DNA of 64,000 nucleotides. Source: an uncultured Pseudomonadota bacterium (GTDB taxonomy: Bacteria; Pseudomonadota; Alphaproteobacteria; UBA9219). The position numbers and the translations under genes are program-made. Positions 59,575-64,000 of the stretch are shown here, one piece after another. The stretch lies in contig CAIXHP010000026.1 of NCBI GenBank assembly GCA_903919315.1, positions 10,428 to 74,427 on the forward strand. Direction: 5' to 3'. Each line of letters opens with the position of its first letter. Position 1 is the first letter of the stretch. The notes beneath the pieces were generated by a model. The model did no database searches and was not told where the DNA came from. It was given only the letters and a program-made list of their open reading frames with translations.

Positions 59575-59656
59575 GGGATCCCCGCCTTCGCGGGGATGAC
59601 GATAGAGGGTTGAATTCAAACAAAAATATCGTCATGCCCGCGAAGGCGGGCATCCC
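59575..59656. repeat. Third member of the paired-hairpin repeat family (two 29-nt arms, each a perfect 8-bp hairpin, carrying compensatory substitutions)
   Basis: GGGATCCCCGCCTTCGCGGGGATGACGAT ... ATCGTCATGCCCGCGAAGGCGGGCATCCC. Lies in the rpsD / scpA divergent intergenic region. Confidence 0.65.
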
Positions 59657-59770
59657 ATTTTTTGATCACATTATCCTACACTCGCGTTAAGCTGCCTCGG
59701 CGGGACGATTCGGGCGATGGCCGGAACGTTTGCTAACCCTTGTCGCGTATAAGGATATTTCCGGAAAGCC

Positions 59771-60574
59771 ATGACCCAGACTGATGCCTCTGAGCCGGTC
59801 GTCGAGACCGTGAGCGCCGCGCCCTCAACCGACCTCGTCGTTGCGCTGGACGGCTTTGACGGGCCGATCGACCTTTTGCTGAATCTGGCCCGCGACCAAA
59901 AAGTCGATCTCGGCAAAATCTCCATTCTCGCGCTGGCGGAACAGTATCTGGCCTACATCGCCTCGGCGCGCAAACTGCGGCTGGAAGTCGCCGCCGATTA
60001 CCTCGTGATGGCCGCATGGCTGGCCTATCTGAAATCGCGTCTGCTGCTGCCCGAACTGCCGGAGGACGAGCCTAGCCCCTTCGCCATGGCCGAAGCCCTC
60101 AAATTCCAGCTGCAACGGCTGGAGGCGATGCAAAAGGCGGCGCAGACGCTCTACGAACTTCCCCAGCTCGGCACCGATACCTTCCTGCGCGGTGCGCCTG
60201 AGAAGATGGAAGTCGAAGAAAAGCCGATCTACTACCTGCCGATCTACGACCTTTTGTCCGCCCTTGCCGCGCCCCAGCGCCGCCGCAAGCCGGTCGCCTA
60301 TAACATAGAAGTGAGCAAGCTGTTCAGCCTTGAGGAGAGCATGGGCCGCCTGCGCCGCATCCTCGGCATCATGCCCAACTGGTCAACCCTGCATAACTTT
60401 CTGCCGGACATGAACGCGGTGCAGGGACTGGAAGCCCGCTCCGCCATAGCCTCCACCTTTGCCGCGACTCTGGAACTGGTGAAGGCGGGCGAACTGGAGC
60501 TGAGGCAAGACGGAACCTTTGCCCCCATCTATTTGCGCCGCCGCGAACAACCCGCAACCACGAGCGAGACATGA
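59771..60574 (+). CDS. scpA: Segregation and condensation protein A
   Basis: FDGPIDLLLNLARDQKVDL..ISI..L..QYL signature; 267 aa. Confidence 0.9.
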   Translation: MTQTDASEPVVETVSAAPSTDLVVALDGFDGPIDLLLNLARDQKVDLGKISILALAEQYLAYIASARKLRLEVAADYLVMAAWLAYLKSRLLLPELPEDEPSPFAMAEALKFQLQRLEAMQKAAQTLYELPQLGTDTFLRGAPEKMEVEEKPIYYLPIYDLLSALAAPQRRRKPVAYNIEVSKLFSLEESMGRLRRILGIMPNWSTLHNFLPDMNAVQGLEARSAIASTFAATLELVKAGELELRQDGTFAPIYLRRREQPATTSET

Positions 60575-61233
60575 CCGAACCGACTTTGCCCAACGATACC
60601 CAATCCGCGCTGCGCATCCTCGAAGCCGTCCTGTTCGCCAGCGCCGAGCCGTTGCCGCTTGGCTTGCTGCAAGAACAACTGGGTGGCGATGCCGATGTTC
60701 CGGCGTTGCTGTCAGAGTTGCAGGCGCTCTATGCGGGGCGCGGAGTCAATCTGGTGCAGACGGGCGATGAGTGGAGCTTTCGCACAGCCCCCGACCTCGC
60801 CGTTCTGATGAAGATCACCAAGCAGCCGCGCCGCAAGCTGCCCCGCGCCGCCGCCGAAGTTCTGGCCATCATCGCCTATCACCAACCCGTCACGCGCGGC
60901 GAAATCGAGAGCATTCGCGGCGTGGATACCAGCAAAGGCACGCTCGACATCCTGCTGGAACTGGGCTGGGTGCGCCCCGGCAAGCGCCGCGAAACGCCGG
61001 GCCGTCCTCTGACATGGCACACGACTCCGGACTTCCTCAGTCACTTTAACCTCGCGTCGCGCGACGATCTGCCGGGCATTGAGGAACTGAAATCCGCCGG
61101 ACTCCTCGACACGCGCCCCGTCCTCGCCACGATGCCGCAGGAAGGCGAGGCAGGCGCGGAGGCCACCACCAGCAACGACGACGAAGACTTCGCCAACTGG
61201 ATCAAGGACGCGCCCGACGCGGTGACGGGATAG
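60571..61233 (+). CDS. scpB: Segregation and condensation protein B
   Basis: ILEAVLFAS..PL. Winged-helix pair. ATGA overlap with scpA. Confidence 0.9.
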   Translation: MTEPTLPNDTQSALRILEAVLFASAEPLPLGLLQEQLGGDADVPALLSELQALYAGRGVNLVQTGDEWSFRTAPDLAVLMKITKQPRRKLPRAAAEVLAIIAYHQPVTRGEIESIRGVDTSKGTLDILLELGWVRPGKRRETPGRPLTWHTTPDFLSHFNLASRDDLPGIEELKSAGLLDTRPVLATMPQEGEAGAEATTSNDDEDFANWIKDAPDAVTG

Positions 61234-61237
61234 AACC

Positions 61238-62131
61238 GTGCCGCACTGTGTCGCCACGCTGATCGCCGCGCCGTCTACGTTTTTGCCAACATCCACATGC
61301 GCCGCGCTGGTTGAAGCCCTGCGCTCACAGGGCGGACAGGATGTGACCCTACAAGAACATGCCTCCAGCCAAGCCACGGATATTTTCTGCCAAGGGCTTG
61401 CGCCGTCAGCGATCTATGACGTTGCGCGGGGTTATCTGGCTGACAGGCCCGTGGACGTTATCGTTCAACCCGTCGCCAAGCGTCGCAAGAAGCTTTTGCT
61501 CGCCGATATGGAGTCCACCATCATCGAGCAGGAAATGCTGGATGAACTGGCCGCCATGCTGGGCCTGCGCGACAAAGTCGCCGCCATCACCCGCCGCGCC
61601 ATGAACGGCGAACTGGATTTCGCCGAGTCCCTGAAGGAACGAAGCGCGCTGTTGGCCGGTCAGCCGGAATCCATGCTGGAAAAAGTCGCCGCGTTGATCA
61701 CCCCGATGCCCGGAGCCGCCGCCTTGGTCGCCTCGATGAAAGCGCACGGAGCGCAATGCTGGCTGGCCACCGGCGGCTTCACCTGTTTCGCCGAGATCGT
61801 GGCGAAGCGTCTGGGCTTCGACCGCGCCTATGCCAACGAACTGACTGTGGAGCAGGGTGTCATCACCGGCGCTGTGCGCGAGCCCATTCTCGACAAGCGC
61901 AGCAAGCAAGCCACGCTGGAACAAGCCTGCGGCGAACTGGGGCTGGCGCTAGACGAATGCCTGACCGTGGGCGACGGGGCCAACGACGTTCCGATGCTGA
62001 CCGCCGCCAATCAAGGCGGAGGTCTGGGCATTGCCTATCACGCAAAACCCGCCGTCCGCGCCGTCATTCCCCACCAGATCAATCATGGGGATTTGACGGC
62101 GCTGGTTTATGCGCAGGGCTTGGAACCCTAA
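61238..62131 (+). CDS. serB: Phosphoserine phosphatase (HAD family)
   Basis: HAD motif I DMESTII, motif IV GDGANDVPM, about 297 aa with an N-terminal ACT-like region. Confidence 0.85.
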   Translation: MPHCVATLIAAPSTFLPTSTCAALVEALRSQGGQDVTLQEHASSQATDIFCQGLAPSAIYDVARGYLADRPVDVIVQPVAKRRKKLLLADMESTIIEQEMLDELAAMLGLRDKVAAITRRAMNGELDFAESLKERSALLAGQPESMLEKVAALITPMPGAAALVASMKAHGAQCWLATGGFTCFAEIVAKRLGFDRAYANELTVEQGVITGAVREPILDKRSKQATLEQACGELGLALDECLTVGDGANDVPMLTAANQGGGLGIAYHAKPAVRAVIPHQINHGDLTALVYAQGLEP

Positions 62132-62134
62132 CGG

Positions 62135-63628
62135 TTATTCCTTATCCTTCTTTTTCGCGAAGCTGAGCGCCACGAACCGCAGCTCGCCCTTGCGATCCAC
62201 GAGCAAGAGGAGCGGCTTGCCATCCTTCTTCGCTTGCTTGACCAAGTCTGACAGCTCCTTGGTGCCTTTGACGGGCTGCTGCGCGGCTTCGCTGATGACA
62301 TCGCCCGGCTGGAAGCCTTTGTCCGCCGCCAAACCGTTGGCCACGACGTTCACGACCACCAGACCGTTGGCGTTCGCATCCACGTCATAGCGTTTGCGCA
62401 GGGCAGGGGTCAGGGGCGTGGCGCTCAGGCCAAGATCATCGATCTTGACTCCGCTGGGCTGAGCTGGCTCAGGCGCGGATTCTTCTTCCTCCTTGTCCTG
62501 AGCTTCATCGTGGGCTTCGAGTTCACCCACCTTAACTTGCAGCGTCAGTTCCTTGCCTTTGCGGATCACGACCATAGGAACGGTCTTGTCCACGCCCGTC
62601 TCCGCCACGATGCGGGGCAGGCGGTGCATTTCCGTGACGTTCTTATCGTCGAACTTCACGATCACGTCGCCGGGCTCGACCTTCGCCTGCGCGGCAGGGC
62701 CGTCCGGCGATACGCTCGACACCAACGCGCCACGCGGTTCGCTGAGACCAAGGCTTTCGGCGATTTCAGGAGTCACGACCTGAATATGAACGCCCAGCCA
62801 CCCGCGACGCGTGCGGCCCGAAGTCTTCAACTGCTCCACCACGCCCTGCGCCATCGACGAAGGAATGGCAAAGCCGATGCCGATGGAACCGCCGGATGGC
62901 GAAAAGATCGCCGTGTTGATACCAATGACCTGACCGTCCATGTCAAACATCGGCCCGCCGGAATTGCCGCGATTGATCGGCGCGTCGGTCTGCAGATAAT
63001 CGTCGTACGGGCCTGAATTGATGTCCCGCGCGCGCGCTGAAATAATGCCGGACGTCACCGTCCCGCCGAGGCCAAAAGGATTCCCAATCGCCATGATCCA
63101 GTCGCCGACGCGCACCTTGTCGCTGTCGCCCCAACTCGTCGCGACCAGGGGCTTCTTGCTCTCAACCTTGAGGACGGCCAGATCGGTCTTCTTGTCGCGT
63201 CCGATCAGCTTGGCCGGAAGATTGGTGTCGTCCTGTAAAATAACGGTGATTTCGTCCGCGTCCTGAATGACGTGGTTGTTGGTGACGATGTAACCGGCGG
63301 GGTCGATGATGAAGCCAGAGCCAAGCGACTGAGCCTTGTGCTTGCGCGGCTTTCCATCCGTGCCGCCACCCTTGCCTTGCTTCTCCATAAAGTCGCGGAA
63401 GAACTCCTCAAACGGCGAGCCGGGCGGAAGCTGCAGATCCGGCAGTTCCATATCCTCACGGGCTGTAACGGTTTGCGTGGTGGAGATGTTCACCACCGAC
63501 GGCAAAAGCTTTTCCGCCAAATCGGCAAAACCAGTCGGCCCGCTACGCGCCTGCGCGGGAGCGGCAAGAGAAACAGACACAACCGACATCAGGAGAACGA
63601 AAAGAGCGGAGCGAACGCGACGCATCAT
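62135..63628 (-). CDS. degP: Periplasmic serine endoprotease DegP/DegQ (HtrA family, two PDZ domains)
   Basis: Signal peptide, trypsin-like domain with GNSGGP, two PDZ regions, 497 aa. Confidence 0.9.
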   Translation of the reverse strand: MMRRVRSALFVLLMSVVSVSLAAPAQARSGPTGFADLAEKLLPSVVNISTTQTVTAREDMELPDLQLPPGSPFEEFFRDFMEKQGKGGGTDGKPRKHKAQSLGSGFIIDPAGYIVTNNHVIQDADEITVILQDDTNLPAKLIGRDKKTDLAVLKVESKKPLVATSWGDSDKVRVGDWIMAIGNPFGLGGTVTSGIISARARDINSGPYDDYLQTDAPINRGNSGGPMFDMDGQVIGINTAIFSPSGGSIGIGFAIPSSMAQGVVEQLKTSGRTRRGWLGVHIQVVTPEIAESLGLSEPRGALVSSVSPDGPAAQAKVEPGDVIVKFDDKNVTEMHRLPRIVAETGVDKTVPMVVIRKGKELTLQVKVGELEAHDEAQDKEEEESAPEPAQPSGVKIDDLGLSATPLTPALRKRYDVDANANGLVVVNVVANGLAADKGFQPGDVISEAAQQPVKGTKELSDLVKQAKKDGKPLLLLVDRKGELRFVALSFAKKKDKE

Positions 63629-63726
63629 GAGGTCTATCCCTGCAAAAGTTTTGTTATGGCCTGCTGTGACGGCGAGTGTTGAGAAAAATTTTGGCTGATT
63701 TATGGCAATCTTGGCCTAAGTGGAGC

Positions 63727-64000
63727 CTATTCCTCCACATAATCCAAGTCACGCGCATAAGTTTCCGGCATGTACCACAAAGCGACCGCCGCTAACGCAA
63801 AGCAGAGGAGGCCGACGATCTGGGCGCTCACAAGAAACCCATACTCAGGCTTAAAAAACACGATCAGCAAATTGATGGGTATGATCGAGGAGCGGATGAA
63901 GTTCTGAACCGTCGCCGTGGCCGTAGCCCTCAGATTTGTGCCAAACATCTCCGCCGTCGTGGTCACGAGGATACCCCAATAGCCGATGAGGAAGCCTCCG
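63727..64000 (-). CDS. C-terminal part of a transporter (MFS-like). The gene continues beyond the window end.
   Basis: Hydrophobic TM-rich C-terminus ending ...YMPETYARDLDYVEE. The reading frame is open to position 64000. Confidence 0.4.
   Translation of the reverse strand, partial: GGFLIGYWGILVTTTAEMFGTNLRATATATVQNFIRSSIIPINLLIVFFKPEYGFLVSAQIVGLLCFALAAVALWYMPETYARDLDYVEE

Noticed and set aside
53827-59656. Resemblance of the hairpin arms (ATTCCC-N8-GGGAAT) to the Neisseria dRS3 repeat pattern
   Set aside because: The gene content (flbD, flhF/flhG, CtrA-like boxes, alphaproteobacterial RNase E and the NDUFA12/DUF2155 trio) and GC content are incompatible with Neisseria. The similarity is taken as convergent or coincidental, not as evidence of origin.
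1-64000. CRISPR arrays, rRNA genes, IS elements or transposases, integrases
   Set aside because: No direct-repeat/spacer arrays, no rRNA-like stretches, and no transposase or integrase-like ORFs were found in any frame.

Overview
This 64 kb window is a chromosomal segment (about 58-60% GC) that looks alphaproteobacterial, perhaps Rhodospirillales-like.

Housekeeping core genes:
- Dimeric GlyRS.
- aat-accC-[SBP]-accB-aroQ, with a solute-binding protein inserted in the acc operon.
- DsbA-like, M48/TPR peptidase, RNase E, Zn-ADH, patatin.
- nagK-like/lysE/nagA.
- yfgM-bamB-der, purF-cvpA.
- radA, uvrA<>ssb.
- SDR, TrmH-family MTase, citramalate synthase, cysS, rpsD, scpA-scpB-serB, degP.

Flagellar cluster: one 10.7 kb minus-strand class-II operon, fliF-fliG-fliH-fliN-flbD-flhA-flhF-flhG plus a FliK-like gene. 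It ends convergently at tRNA-Pro(CGG).

Features that stand out:
1. Three tandem paralogous secreted cysteine-rich proteins (18383-20048). They share an internally duplicated C-P-x-x-Q-[YF]-x-T module and a conserved LFPP motif right after the signal peptide. I do not recognise this family.
2. A 716-aa class-II ribonucleotide reductase (NrdJ)-like ORF that appears to lack the central catalytic region.
3. Low-GC single-gene insertions on both sides of der.
4. A family of paired-hairpin palindromic repeat elements (ATTCCC-N8-GGGAAT-like arms) in three intergenic regions.
5. Three orphan family-3 SBP paralogs.
6. A lower-GC 502-aa orphan gene divergent from fliF, with CtrA-like boxes in the shared promoter region.

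No CRISPR array, rRNA or obvious IS/transposase was seen.

All calls rest on motif- and family-level recognition from the translated ORFs and the raw sequence. No database search was possible.
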